Source: Lama glama (Eukaryota). From it: a stretch of 64,000 nt of DNA. Of the stretch, positions 36,501-49,699 are shown piece by piece. The position numbers were made by a program, and so were the translations under genes. The notes below the pieces were generated by a model that was not told where the DNA came from, made no database searches, and saw only the letters and a list, made by a program, of their open reading frames with translations. Position 1 is the stretch's first letter. The number at the start of each line of letters is the position of its first letter. The DNA is taken from the NCBI GenBank assembly GCA_028534125.1, contig CM052817.1:52330001-52394000 (forward strand). Reading direction: 5' to 3'.

Positions 36501-38075
36501 GATTGTTGGAACCACCAGCAGGTAAACACAAGATTATGTGCCCTCATTAAGAGGAAGTTCAGCATTCAGCAAACCCTAACTATGAGTTGTTAATCATGAA
36601 AATCACCTGTTTTTTTGAGATTAGATGGCCCTTGAAAAGACTGATAGACAAATATCTGTTATTCTAGTGAATTTTAGGCATCCCTGTCAGAAGAAGCAAC
36701 ATATGATAGTGCTTTGTGATAAGTAACAGTGAGATAAAGCAATGAACACTGTTAAAACAAACCATCACATTTAAAAATATAATTCAAATATCAAAGTTAT
36801 AATTAAAATACAATATATTCAAGCATACATACATATATATCAGTGTCTCTAAAAACTTTTTTCAAATATTTCCTAACATCTTCCAGAGAAGGACAATGCT
36901 ATGAAATATTTAAAATTTCATACCAACATAATTATTTGGGGTCCTTTTGTTATTTACAGCATAACACAAATGGGGACTAATATTATTCTTCAGTGCTTAA
37001 TCTAAGAACTTCCTTATTTAGTAAACTGTATACAAAAAAGAAATCAGACAAAAATTTTCTGACTGGTATAGCATATACTTGGCTATGGGAGGAACTGGAA
37101 TATAGTAAAATAAGTGTATGCATTGTTATACTTTTGATATGTAATACAATATTAAATATAATAATGTTAACAAGGACTTCTTGGAGAATTATTATGTGCC
37201 ATCTCTTTGTGTACATTTTTTTCATTTCATTTTCTAAAAACAGCCATGATTTTAGTGTAGCAAAAAAAATCATATATACAATATTCTATACATGTTTAAA
37301 GGAAGGAAATAAATTTTTATTGCATAACTGTGAAAATGTCTTTGATGTAGACTTTAAAGAATTGTTGGGTTTTTCATAAGCCAATGGAAGGAATCAGAGA
37401 TGAAGGAGAATTTCAGTTTGCAAGTTTGATATGAACAAAGTCAGAAAGTCGAAAATATTGTGATAACTTGAGGTATTTGGATAGAATTCTTATCTTTATG
37501 AATTCTCCTGTTTAGATAAAGAAATATTTATTTTATTCATTTTTCTAACAATAGAGTTAATTTTAGTTGGTTAAGATGAAATAATTGGTCAAACCATTAT
37601 ATACTTAAAGAATCAAAAAAATACATTCAATATAAATTTTGATAGACTTAGTATTTTTGGATGGAAGTTTTAAAAACATAACTAACTTAGGGGCTTAGAC
37701 AGGTTATTTTTTTCCTCATGATAGTCTGAAGGAAAATATCCCTCTTTTGTCCATATAAATCAGTTTTATATCCCTGGACTCCTCTGGTAAACTCCTTTAC
37801 TTTCTCTCTTTCTTATGCAGTTACTCATACGTTTAATTGATGGTCTCAAAATTACATCATTATTGTTAAATACAAATATAAAACTTTCAAAAAAAGATTG
37901 ACTCAATGTTTCATGACTGTCAAATCAGTAGTGACTAAAGAGCTAAACAAAACAGACTGGTTATTTTGTACTAATTTTATATGTTAAACATATTAAATTA
38001 TGTTTTCTTCTTAAACAAATATATCTCAAGCAAATTAACATTTTTTCTTATAATTTTTACTATTTTCCTTTTCAG

Positions 38076-38127
38076 ATGACACAAAAATCTACTATTCATG
38101 ATGTTAAACAAAAATTTCACAAAGCAT
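38076..38127 (+). CDS. TECRL: TECRL coding exon 2 (52 nt; MTQKSTIHDVKQKFHKA plus the first base of a Cys codon)
   Basis: Strong polypyrimidine acceptor tattttccttttcag|ATG and donor CAT|gtaagt. Peptide matches recalled TECRL (VTQSSTIHDVKQKFHKAC in human). In frame with exon 1. Too short for the ORF track. Confidence 0.96.
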
Positions 38128-38694
38128 GTAAGTTTTTAATATAATTTTGAGTTTATATTATAGTTTTTTTCTCAGATTGGTTCAAATTTATCTGTAAAAA
38201 TAAGTTGAATATTTTGATGAATGTGTGGAAACTACATTTTTATGTGGATCTCAGAAATAATATTATGCTAAACACCTCTTCACCATGAACATTTTCATAT
38301 CTAACTTTCTAATTCATGCTTTAATATTCAACATTCTTTTAATTTTTTATTTGAACTTTAAAAATTCTAATAAGAAAGTCCTATATATGAAAAGCATTAA
38401 TCAATACAAGGTATTTCTTTATATTAAAGCAAATATAGAACAAAATTTTTCCTCCATGCGTTTATACTGGTCAAATTTCTTCCACATAGGAATTATTTAT
38501 GTAATGTATTTAAATTATGTTCTTTAACTTTATTAATGGCTACATTTACCTCACTAAGAGATTTCCTATTATTATTTATGGGGAAATATTTGTATGTTTG
38601 TCTAATTTTTATTTTTACAACTTTTCAATCAGTTTACCTACACCTGTTAAACATACTGATAATGTTTAAAACCACTAGTTAACAATTTTTAATA

Positions 38695-38920
38695 AACTTA
38701 ATTTTTTAGAGCAGCTTTAGATTCAAAGCAAAATTGTGCAGAATATACACAGAGTTCCCATTTCTCTTGCCCCACGCATAAACAGCGTCCTCCAGCATAA
38801 ACATACAGAGTGGTGCATTTGTTACAATCTCTGAACCTTCACTGACACATCATTATTACCCAAAGTCTATAGTTTACATTAGAATTCATTTTTAGTGTTG
38901 TACATCTATAGATTTTGCTA
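38695..38920 (-). mobile_element. L1MC-like 3' terminal fragment, antisense
   Basis: ttttttagagcagctttagattca...cagagtggtgcatttgttacaat...cattattacccaaagtctatagtttacattag. Confidence 0.8.
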
Positions 38921-40665
38921 AGATCCATTTTAAATACTTTTAGATTTAGTTGAACAACATTTCTTTTCTAAGAATATTTAAAGCTCACAATTTAAAATAC
39001 ATCAAATTGTTTAATAATACTTGGGAGTAAATAGGTAGTAGTTTCATCATGTTCATTATTTTCTTTCAGGAAAAATATAGAATATTTACTGGATACCTTC
39101 TGTATATATGACATTATGCTAGGCTTAATGAATAATTACAAAAGATAAAAGATGCCTCATTAGCCTTCAAATAATTGCTCATTAGGAAGATTCAATATGT
39201 ATACATAAAGAATATAAACATAAAACATAAGTAGTCAATGTATATAAAGTTTATTTATATTTGGGACAAATCTATTTAGAATTTTTAATAGAAACATAAA
39301 TCATATACAGGACGGAATAGAATTATTTGAAACATGTTTAGCCAGTTTAACATTACTGAGGAAGGTGAGTGCTGATATTTCACTGTAAAGACATGTAGGA
39401 TTTGGATATGCATTAAAAAACCAGAAATGCATTATAGTAGAGAAAAAGAGAATAAAACAGAAGTATAGAGATCTGTCATGGATTAATTCTCTAGCTTTTT
39501 TTAGCTTGGTAATTAAATTCTCTGTATATTCATGCCAATATTTTCTAAGTTATTGAAAACTCCAAATTTGTATTTTAGGACATATTCTATGTGAAAGATG
39601 TTACCCTGGTAATTTCCACAAGTATGTCCAGTTTATTTACATTCTAAATGCATATGCTTTGTTAAGCTAGCAATTGAATTGCCATCCTTGCAAAGACTTA
39701 GAACAATCTTATCTAATAAAGTAGTTTCAGAAAGTTTGGATTGTGGTAATAAGTGCAAAGACATCTGAAAAAGACCTTTTTACTATTAAGTAGAAAGATA
39801 CAAGAAAATGATTTTATATAAGTTAATAATGATTGTATAAAATATATATTTATTATTGTCTGAAAACAAGGAAACTAATCAAAATCTAATGTATGTGTTA
39901 AGAAGAATGTGCAGTCACCTTGATGTGTAATTTTATGACTATTTTATGTTAGTTTATATCTATACACCAACAGAACAACCACACGGCAACTTAAAATTTT
40001 AGAGCCAGTTCTATGTGCATGTGTTCCAGAGCCTATTTCTAGTAATTGGGAAAATGAGGTTAAGTAGCTTGCAAAACATCCTAGAAATATCCAGTTTCAG
40101 AACTGGACAATTGAAAATGTGACAGTAATATGGTTAGCTTTAATCAAGACATAAGAATTTCTTGATACGTATTATACACCTATTATTTTAGTCACTTTTC
40201 TAAGCACAGTTCTAAACTTTAATAGCTTTAAGTGAATTGTATCTTTTTCTACTTTTTCAAAATTACCTTTACTTTAAAAGTATATCCATCACTCAAAGAA
40301 AAATAATATTCAGGAAATCTTGCACTTATTACACTGTATTTCAAAAACTCATTGGTTTTTTTAGCTTTCACAAAGGACAGGAACACAAACATTTTTTGCT
40401 GTATCACATTACAGAGAAGTATCTAAAAGTCAACTAAGTTGGACATTATGTTTAATATATTTGAAAATGGTGAATGGAAATGAAAAAATATTGACAAATC
40501 TAACAATATATATTGTATATATAATGGTTAAAAAAAGAGCTATGTGTTGATTGCCTTAATATTTTATCTTTTTAGCATATTTTAAAATTGGACAGCAATG
40601 AATATTTTCTTCAAATTGATAAATTATTTAAAAAATAAATATCATAAGTATTACATATAGTTATA

Positions 40666-40728
40666 TTTTTATAACTACAGTTGTTTTATAACCACAGTTT
40701 TATAACTATAAGATTTTTTACAGTTGAC
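40666..40728. repeat. Degenerate short-period tandem repeat
   Basis: tttataactacagttg / tttataaccacagttt / tataactataag. Confidence 0.65.
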
Positions 40729-42804
40729 TTCTTTATTTTCTGACATCAGATCTTTTTTTTTTTATTACAGTATTTCTGATGCTGTTTATTTTCAGGCCCT
40801 AGAGTTATAATAGAAACTGTTAATTTTTTAAAGAAAAAAATATACGAAACTCTTATCAGAAGACTGGGTTTCCTGAGGGAAAATTCTCCTTTCATGTCTT
40901 TTATCTCTGTCCTTTGTTCTCTTAGGTGTTCTGACTCATCTTGATTTCTTGTCTTCTTCCTAGTTCTCTGGCTTGCGTCAGTTTAACATTTTTCTTAGCT
41001 CTATTTTAGAACTTTCTTTACTGTGATTTTTCTTGTCCTGTAAAGTGACTATCTTATGCTCTTCTAAAGCTCATAATTTTTCAGTTCTGCTTTGTTGTGA
41101 GTCATCTTTTAGATTACCCTGGTGACACCACAGCAATCAGAATGGTGAAGATGTAGAAAGAGGAGGAACTATGACAATGTTAGCTGTTAAGGCAAAAAGG
41201 GAAAGAACAATGGTTTTCATGAAAAAGAAATACTATAAATTGTATATATGTATAAACACAAAAATATAATTTTGCCTATTTCTCTTATTTTTATTCAATG
41301 TACCAAAAATGGTGAAATGCCCTCAGCTGCTAATCCTCCACTAGTCTTTTTTTTTAATCTCCTACCATCTGTTCATTAAGACTTGTAATTATGGTTCTTG
41401 CTTGTATCTTGAAGTCTTTCCTGGAGAGCCTCAGTGATTTTCACACTCATATCTCTATATATCACACTCTGTTCACTCTCGTCTTCTCACAAATGTGTCA
41501 CAGAGAAAGTAAACTTTGTTTTCAAAACTGAGATGAAGAATAAAGAATTATACAAATCCAGATGACACTGTGCCTACAATTCTGTGAATATTTTTTTAAG
41601 ATTTCAAGAGGCTTAAAAAAAAACCAAAGAACCCTCCCATATGCATACTATCACAATTACCCATATTCTAGGTAAGTTGGATAACTCTATTTCATGTTAC
41701 TCAATTCAACAACTATTCCATGTATTCTTTATTCTAAAGGTAATTTATTCCTCTTTTGGCATAAATTTAACTTTATTGGAATAATAATTGTTAGTAGTTT
41801 TGGAAAATAATCGAATTCACAAAGAACCACAACCGTGTATATACTAACTTAAATCTGTAATGATGTATTCTATTTAGTGGATTTAACTAATGAACAATCA
41901 AAATGTTTGCTCAATAACAAATTCCAGTAAAAATAATCTCTCTGAATGTTAAAAATTATTTTGTTGTGATTTATCATGTTCAAAATTATTTAAATTCCTA
42001 TAGTCTAGACTTCCATAGAAGAGGGATAAATGTGATACTATGTGCTGATAAAATAAAAGATATATTAATAAAATAATTTAAAGAATTCTCAAAGCAAAGG
42101 TCTAGTAAACATACTTTTTAGAAACTGTGCCATTACTTGTGGTAAGCCAAGGAATTTCTAAGAGAAATTGGAAAATACCATTGCTGTACAAAGTTGTATA
42201 GAGATAGTATTTCATCTCAATAGCTTTTTTTTTCTTAAAAAGAAACACCATTTTTCTAATTTTTGAAAAACTTCCATAGGTTTTGTAGTTAAAGGTGGTT
42301 TGCAATTACAAAACAAGGTGCCACAAAAGGCATTCCAATGTCATGCATAATTTTAAAAAGTAAGTAGCCACCAGTAAGTTACTATGAATGGTCACTTCTA
42401 TAATTGTTTAGTTGAGGTAAATATCATAATTATAATTAAAACCACAATTTTAAAGTTGGGTGAGATATAAAATCCAGTGACTGTTTCAAGAATATTGAAT
42501 GAGAGTCAATATTTTTGAAGTAACAGATTAAATAGCATCTACTAAATGTTTCAAAGTTAAATAAAAACATATTTTCAAAGCTTATATCAAAGCTCACATA
42601 TATTTGACAAAATTAACTGTGTGAGATTTTGATTCAGGTGAGCAAATGTACCAAACACTTGATGAATTGTTTCTAGGTAATTCATCATAAATATTGTGGA
42701 TTCTCATTTGAGACAAAAGTTTTAACATATTTTAAAATAAATTTTAAGTAATAAATGCTTTTTAGTGTTTCTTTTTAAATTAAATTCAAAATAAATTAGG
42801 ATGC

Positions 42805-43590
42805 TGCAATACTGTGATTTATAATAAAATACATATATATTTGATCTTTGTCCCCTTTTTCTGACATAGAGCACCTAAAACCCTTGAAATTTCCTAGGTG
42901 ATAACACCAATAAAGGTGTTTCTGTTAACAAGGTGAATTTTGGACCACACTAAAAGATGGGGGCTAGGTTGTTAGGTTAACGAACCAAATGATTAGAGGG
43001 TGGGGATTTTCAACCCACCGCTGACCTCTGGAGAAGGGAGAGGGGCTGGAAAGTGAATCAATTGCAAGTGGCCAATCATTTAAGAAATCATGCCCATTTA
43101 ATGAAGCTTCCACAAAAACCAAAAGGGATAAGGTTCAGAGAGCTTCCCTGCTGTTGAACTAGTGGAGATTCAGAGCAGACATGGAAGCTCCACAACATTC
43201 CCCAAACCTTGCCCTTTGCATCTCCTCCATCTGGCTATTCCTGAGGTATATCCTTTTACGATTAGTAAGTAAGATGGTTCACTGAGTTCTGTGAGCTACA
43301 CTGGCAACTTAATTGAACCCAAGGAGGGGATCATGGGAATCTCTTAAGTCAGTTAGTCAGAAACATAGGTGAGAATCTGGGCTTGAAATTGACATCCGAA
43401 GGGAGTTGGGAGGGCAGTTCTGTAGGACTGAACACTTAACATGTGGAATCTGATGCTATCTCCAGGTAGTGTTAGAACTGAGTTAAATTGTAAGACATTA
43501 CGGTGGTGTCTTGAAAATTGCTTGTTGGTGTGGGGGAAAACTTTCCCCTACTACACACTTGTTGGAACTGGGTGCAGAACCCAAGGTACA
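42805..43590 (+). mobile_element. MER21-like ERVL solo LTR (~790 bp)
   Basis: tgcaatactgtgatttataataa; cctaaaacccttgaaatttcct; gaagggagaggggctgga; ctgagttctgtgagc; ttgaacccaaggaggggatcatgggaa; tgtaggactgaacacttaacatgtggaatctgatgctatctccaggtag. The sequence atgc is present at both ends. Confidence 0.85.
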
Positions 43591-44019
43591 TGCTTAAAAA
43601 CTAAGTAAAGAAAAACACAAGAAATAATACCACCATGAAATTAGAATAGTACGCTATGAATTTTTTCTTCTCACAGAGTTTGTATGGACTAGTAACATAT
43701 TTGTCAAAATTGATAAACATTAGTAAGAAAATTGCAGGAAATCATGAAGTGGAAGGAAAATGAAAAAAGGAAGGAAAAGGAAAACAATTTCCTTATGACA
43801 TTTGTCTTGCTTATAGTTATAGCAAACATCAAAGTTGAGTACTTGCTATGAAATATTGTGATTTATAACATCTTTGCATGTTCTGTTCTAGCCACCTTTT
43901 ATTAACTTTATAATAATAAAAATAAATATAGTTAACTTTCATCAAATATTCAATGTGTCATGAATCTCCTAAGATAATTCCATGTAGCAAATTTTACAAA
44001 ATAAACTCTATGAATCATC

Positions 44020-44192
44020 TAGCAGAATTATTATTTTCTAGTACTACTAAAAGATTACAGATGAAAGTCTTTAACAAAAAAGATAAAATAATTTGCCCAA
44101 GATCACATAGTTCAAGTGGCAGAGCTGGAATTTAAACTCAGGGAATATGACTCTGGACCCTGGACTCTAAACACTAAACTCTATTGCCTCTA
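44020..44192 (-). mobile_element. MIR SINE, antisense
   Basis: aataatttgcccaagatcacatagttcaagtggcagagctggaatttaaactcagg. Confidence 0.8.
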
Positions 44193-47100
44193 TTTTACTG
44201 AGTCATATTTTTTGTTAATTTCTTCAGGAAGAAATCTTAATAACACCTATGTATCTCTGTTGGGAGAGGTTATCATTAGTCTCATTTGCAAATAGGGAAC
44301 TAACTAGAAGTTATTTTGGAAATTATGCAATAAATAATGCATAGCCTATTTCACAATTAATTGGTTAGAATAACCTAAGTCCTTGTCTAATGCCATATGG
44401 CACCATAAGACCAACTATTAAATTAAAAACAGCTGTTAATCCAAATAAAAGGAAAAAATTCTAATGTGGCTTGAAATTGCAAATGGAATTTTCTAGTGCT
44501 GGACTAATCTAAGAATTAGTAATATATGAACTGGGGTAAAAAAAATGACAATCAGCTGAAGTGTAATTTGTGAACTGATTCTGTGTCATAAAAGAAGTTT
44601 CTGAAAGAAAAAGCAAAATCATTTTGCCAATGACTAGTATGTCATCTATTAGTTGACAACACCATAAAAAGTTTCAGTGATGTTTATAATCTATTGGACC
44701 ACTTGTCTCTGCAGCTCCCAAAAAGAGCCCTGGGAAAAAAGCAAAGAAGGAACAATGCGATTAGTAGAACAACCGTAGTTTCATCCACATGAAAGGATAT
44801 ATAATTTACTGTAAGAGTTCCAATGCATATACATCCTTGCAAAAAGGCCAGGGGGATATAAACATTGCTAAAGTTTGAAAGGTTCAAGGAGAGTAACTCA
44901 AAACAAAGGTAACAGTAGAAAGATTTATCACATACAGCATAGAGTAATGAGTATTCTCTTGGCGATCTGAAAGGAGCCTCCTGGACAAGGCTGTAGAATA
45001 CCCTGATCACTCAACAAAAGAAGCAAGAAAAATGATAAATGTCACCAAGGAAAGAAGTGGCAGAATGTTTTCCTTAAAGAATCCGTCTACTGCTAACTCA
45101 AGAAGTAGCTAACGTACTTTCTCTAATAACTTCCTCGGCAAAAGGAATTATGAGCTTTGTCAATAATTTACATAGAGAAATAGGTAATTTGGTAGGTTAT
45201 TTATTCTTCAGTAAGTCAAAATTACATTTTCTGAAAGCTATGGGAATTAAGTGGCTATTCACCTTCTAGAAATTTAATCAATAAGATTCTAAAGGATCAT
45301 TTACAAGTAGGCAGCAATATCACCAAATTTTTTATATTACATGTAGATTTCAAAAGTGAGTTAATAAAACCTGTCACTGTTGATGTTCTGATCTTTGAAG
45401 AAATTCTAAGAAATGTGCCACTGTACAGTAAGAAACTGGATTATATGGGCCCTCCTGAACTGAAAATAACAAAAGAGATGTCAGTTAGCCATATCCTTGA
45501 TGACTTTGAAAACATTTCAGGAAAAATGTGAAATTTCATGAACTATATTTCACCTATTTAAATTTCGGCAGGATTTTTAAAATATCTCTTCTTCATTTAG
45601 GATTCTGTATGCATCATTTAAATTTTATGCCAAATACGGTTAATTTTTTTTCAGTTTTAGAGAAAGAATCATAATTTTGAAGCCAACAGTATTTGGTAAT
45701 TTACAAAATTTTATTTCATGTGAAATATTTTGTGTCCACATAAATAACTCAAACATCACAAACTGTATCTATTTTCAATTTAATCTTAAAAACACATTTT
45801 TTGCTACTATAGTTGAAAAAGTACTTTAGTAGCAGAAATAATTACTCAAGTTAAATAATTAGGAACTATGCTATGTTACTAAAAAGATGAGTATTTGTAG
45901 TCTAGCCATCAAGACTTTCTGGCATGCAGAACATTCATGTGTGCAAGCACCCACCCATCCACCCACACAAACACACACAAATTGAATGACCACATAAAAT
46001 TGATTAACATTGAATCTATTAGTTATAAATGATGAAAATTTTATTTTACATTAAAGTTAATCCATGTTACTCTGTGTGGCCACAGATCCGCTCTTGAGTC
46101 TCAAAAGTAGCTGATAGGATATTTTTACCTTTCTTTTTCTTCAGTAAATTTCAAAACAGTTCAACAACTTATACATGGTAATAAAGAGGAATGTCAAATC
46201 TCTAAAAAAAAGTGATTATGCAGAAAGATGGCTTTCTTATAAATTTCCTTTAAATTTCAGGGAAATTATGATTTATTTTTTCTTAAGATTGGCATATTAA
46301 TATAAAAATGATAAAGAAAACTAAAGGATGTATCACCAACACAATATCAAGAGCTGCAAACATTCTGAAATAATATTTTGAGAAGAAACTACATTTCAAA
46401 TCTATCCTATTATGCTAGTATGTACAGTAAATCACAAAGTGTAATGATACATTGTTCAAAACATTTTTTATGATACCTCATAAGTGTTTTCTATTTTAAA
46501 AATCAGTTAATGATGTAAAGACTAGTACAATTTTGTTGTCTCTAAGTCTTCTTAACTAACTAAAAGGCCCTTGCCGTAAGTACATCTCTTAAATGTCTTA
46601 CTTAAGCCAGTGATTCTTTGTGGTTTCAATCTAAACCACAATACAAAGCACTGGCACATATTAATATCCTAGGTATTAAAAATGGACTTCTCACTGTGAC
46701 TACTTTAAAATACTGGTCAAATTTACACCACTCTGTACTTAATGTCATTGGATACTTTCATAAGTGTTGAGAATTCTATGTATGTGATATATGATTGTAG
46801 AATCTAAGGAGATCAAACTGTCAGGAAGGGATGGCCATTTTGCCAGCCAAGGTTCATGTAATAAAACTGCCATAACTAATAACAATTTGAAAAGTGCGTG
46901 AGGTGTGATCTCATATAAATTGTTTTGTCTCTCTTATGGTACAGCCTTTAAAGCTGTGTATTGCTGTGCAATGACAGGGTTATTTTCATTCATCTTTCAT
47001 GACATACTGATGTTTCCAGAGCCTGATATTATGAGACATTTTTTATAATCCCCAAGTACCAAAATGATTAGGTTAGCATATTTGATCTTGAGCATGTACC

Positions 47101-49699
47101 TACGTTATAGACACATCAACTATTAGAAGAGATAGTCTATAGCAAATGATTGATTTCCAATTTATATTTGAATATGACACTGTGTTAGGACATTTAAATT
47201 TTAAAGGGATATAGATATCTGGACAGTGAGAAAGATCGGCTATCATACTCTAAAATGGAATGCTCTCACAATACAAATTCAGAAAGCACACAAAGAACTA
47301 AAACCACTGGCACAAAGTCAAAGATCATCTCCCAAACTTTAAAAAGCATGGCATTTTCTGTTCCTTTTCCCTTTTACTTTTTTTTCTTTCTTTTTAGAAA
47401 CTTTTGTTTTGTTTTTGACAACTACTGTTTCTGATTAAATGGCATTCAATAGCAGGATTATGGAAATAATGTATGATAAGTAATATAAAAGAGCAAGGCA
47501 GCTTATTAAGACATAGCTTGAAGCATTAGTCTCTCTTTCCTGGGATTTTCTTCCTTAAGGAACTTTTTCAAAAGACTGGGAATGCATCACAGTGGATTTC
47601 TATGTAAACAATCTAAAACAAAGCACAGGAGCTTGGAAAATGTTTTATTAACAATGCTTTGTTATTGCAAGAAAATGTCATAAAGTGGGTTATTTGTTCT
47701 TACCTGTTTTCTCATCTATCTAGCTGGTTAAAAACATATTTCATTTTTCATGTTTCATAAAACAGGTCATAATCAAATAGTTTACTCAGATCCTGTTATA
47801 AATCCCTTGAAAATATAAATAATACTATTGTTAAATTTATATGTGCTAAATTGTAGAACAATATTCTCCCTAATCTGAAAAGATAGTAGTGTGTCAATGT
47901 CTCTTTCACGTATGATTTTTTTGTTTGATTTGTATAACCTTTGTTGGCAAAACAACAAATTCAATAAATAAGATTATTTTTGCAAGATAATAATAGCTTC
48001 ACCTTTCACTATAATAAAATGAATAATGTACAAGGTAAATTTCCAAAAATATAAAAACTTTAGAGTAAAGCATTATCCATCTATTATTAACATTTTCACT
48101 AATATTATGCAGATACTTCTCTATGCCTATACACATAATTTCACCTATTTTATACATTATTCAGTAACAGCTTTTTCTGTCAGTACATTTTCTACATACA
48201 TTTTTATGTCAATAGTTTACATCATCAATATTACTGGAGATTTGCTTTTGCTTGAATAAGCAATACAAACTCTCTGGTGCATATATTAAATTGTTCCCAT
48301 AAGAAAGTAATATTATGTATATTTATTCAACAATATTTATTGAATGTTGAAAAATATTTACTGAATATTTACCATGTACCATGCACTGATATATTCACTA
48401 GGATAATCCATGTTTGTGAACATTAGTCATACTTGAAATCCTAACATGTATTGCAAATTTTTTCTCCTAATTTACAGACTGAAAACTACTTCTGAATGTC
48501 TTTTTTTCACCTTTTCTCAATAATACTGAATATTTATGGAGATTAATTTTTCATAATTGATGAGTGGAAAAATATTTTATGTAGTATTAGATTCCATGTA
48601 TTGGATGACTAGTGAAGTTTATCATACTTTTATTTATGATTTTTTATATTTTTTTATATTACCTGTTTGTGGTCTTCACCCACATATTTGTTTATTTGGA
48701 TTTTTTATTGCCTTAATGATATATAAGGCCTTCATGAATTAGTCTATAGGCCACAGACACCTTTTTTAAAATTTTCTTCTGGAAAAATATATCTTTTAAA
48801 TTTAACTTTGTCAATTACTTATTTTATACTTTCTGTTTTGTGTGGCTTATTTATTCATCCTCCAATTTTTAAAAATGTTAATTTCTGTTTTATTTGCACT
48901 CTTGCAAGTAATGATTTTATTTTTTACATATATTGTTTTAATCTCTGGACTATATCCTGGTGTAAGAATGGAGTATAAGATTCTCACCATTTCAACTGTC
49001 ATCATTTTTATAATTTTAAATTCCTCTCATATATTAACAATAAATATATACAGCTATTTTCTCTCATTTACATATACATTTTCTTTTTTTTAATAACATC
49101 TAAATTTTAGAGAATCAATTCTACTTTAAAAATGTCTTCCATGATCATTTATATTGTATAATATTGTCTCTGTTCTTTCACTCATAATTTTGATCAGATA
49201 ATTTCTTGACATCACTTTCATTTATTTTTAGGGTTCCGTGAAGTTGAATTTAGGTATTTTCAGAAACATAATGTTTTGCAAATATTATAATCTTAATATT
49301 TATATAATACAGCTATATTTCATTTTTAATACTTACCAAATATGACCCTGTATAGCACTATTATATTTCCAGCATTTATTTTAATGAGTCCTAGTTCTCT
49401 TTCAAAATGGGTTAGAGTAAAATATTCGTAGAATAAAGCCACATTGAAACAGCTTCTAGTCATAGTATCACCTAAATGATTATAGGGTAGTATTACGTGG
49501 TATTATATGTATATTCTGTGAATTTTAATATACAGACCTTAAATATGTGTGAGATTTAATCTAGAAAGAATATTTTACATAGACGTATCTATAGTATAAT
49601 TTTGAAGTTGACTGAGTGGTTATCAAGTAAAATCTGTATATTTTGTCATAATCCACATTACACCATCATCTAGTTAACTGTTAAAATTTAAATCATTAA

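Larger units (their letters stand above)
12316..38075 (+). other. TECRL: TECRL intron 1 (25,760 nt, GT-AG)
   Basis: Defined by the exon 1 donor and the exon 2 acceptor. Confidence 0.9.

Noticed and set aside
36983..37379. 128-aa (+) and 96-aa (-) ORFs
   Set aside because: AT-biased I/L/F/K composition, non-ATG start, no recognisable homology; consistent with chance ORFs.
47551..47562. Second copy of the palindrome ttccttaaggaa (also at 22291-22302)
   Set aside because: Repeated 12-mers are expected by chance in 64 kb; it is not a CArG box (only four A/T between CC and GG).
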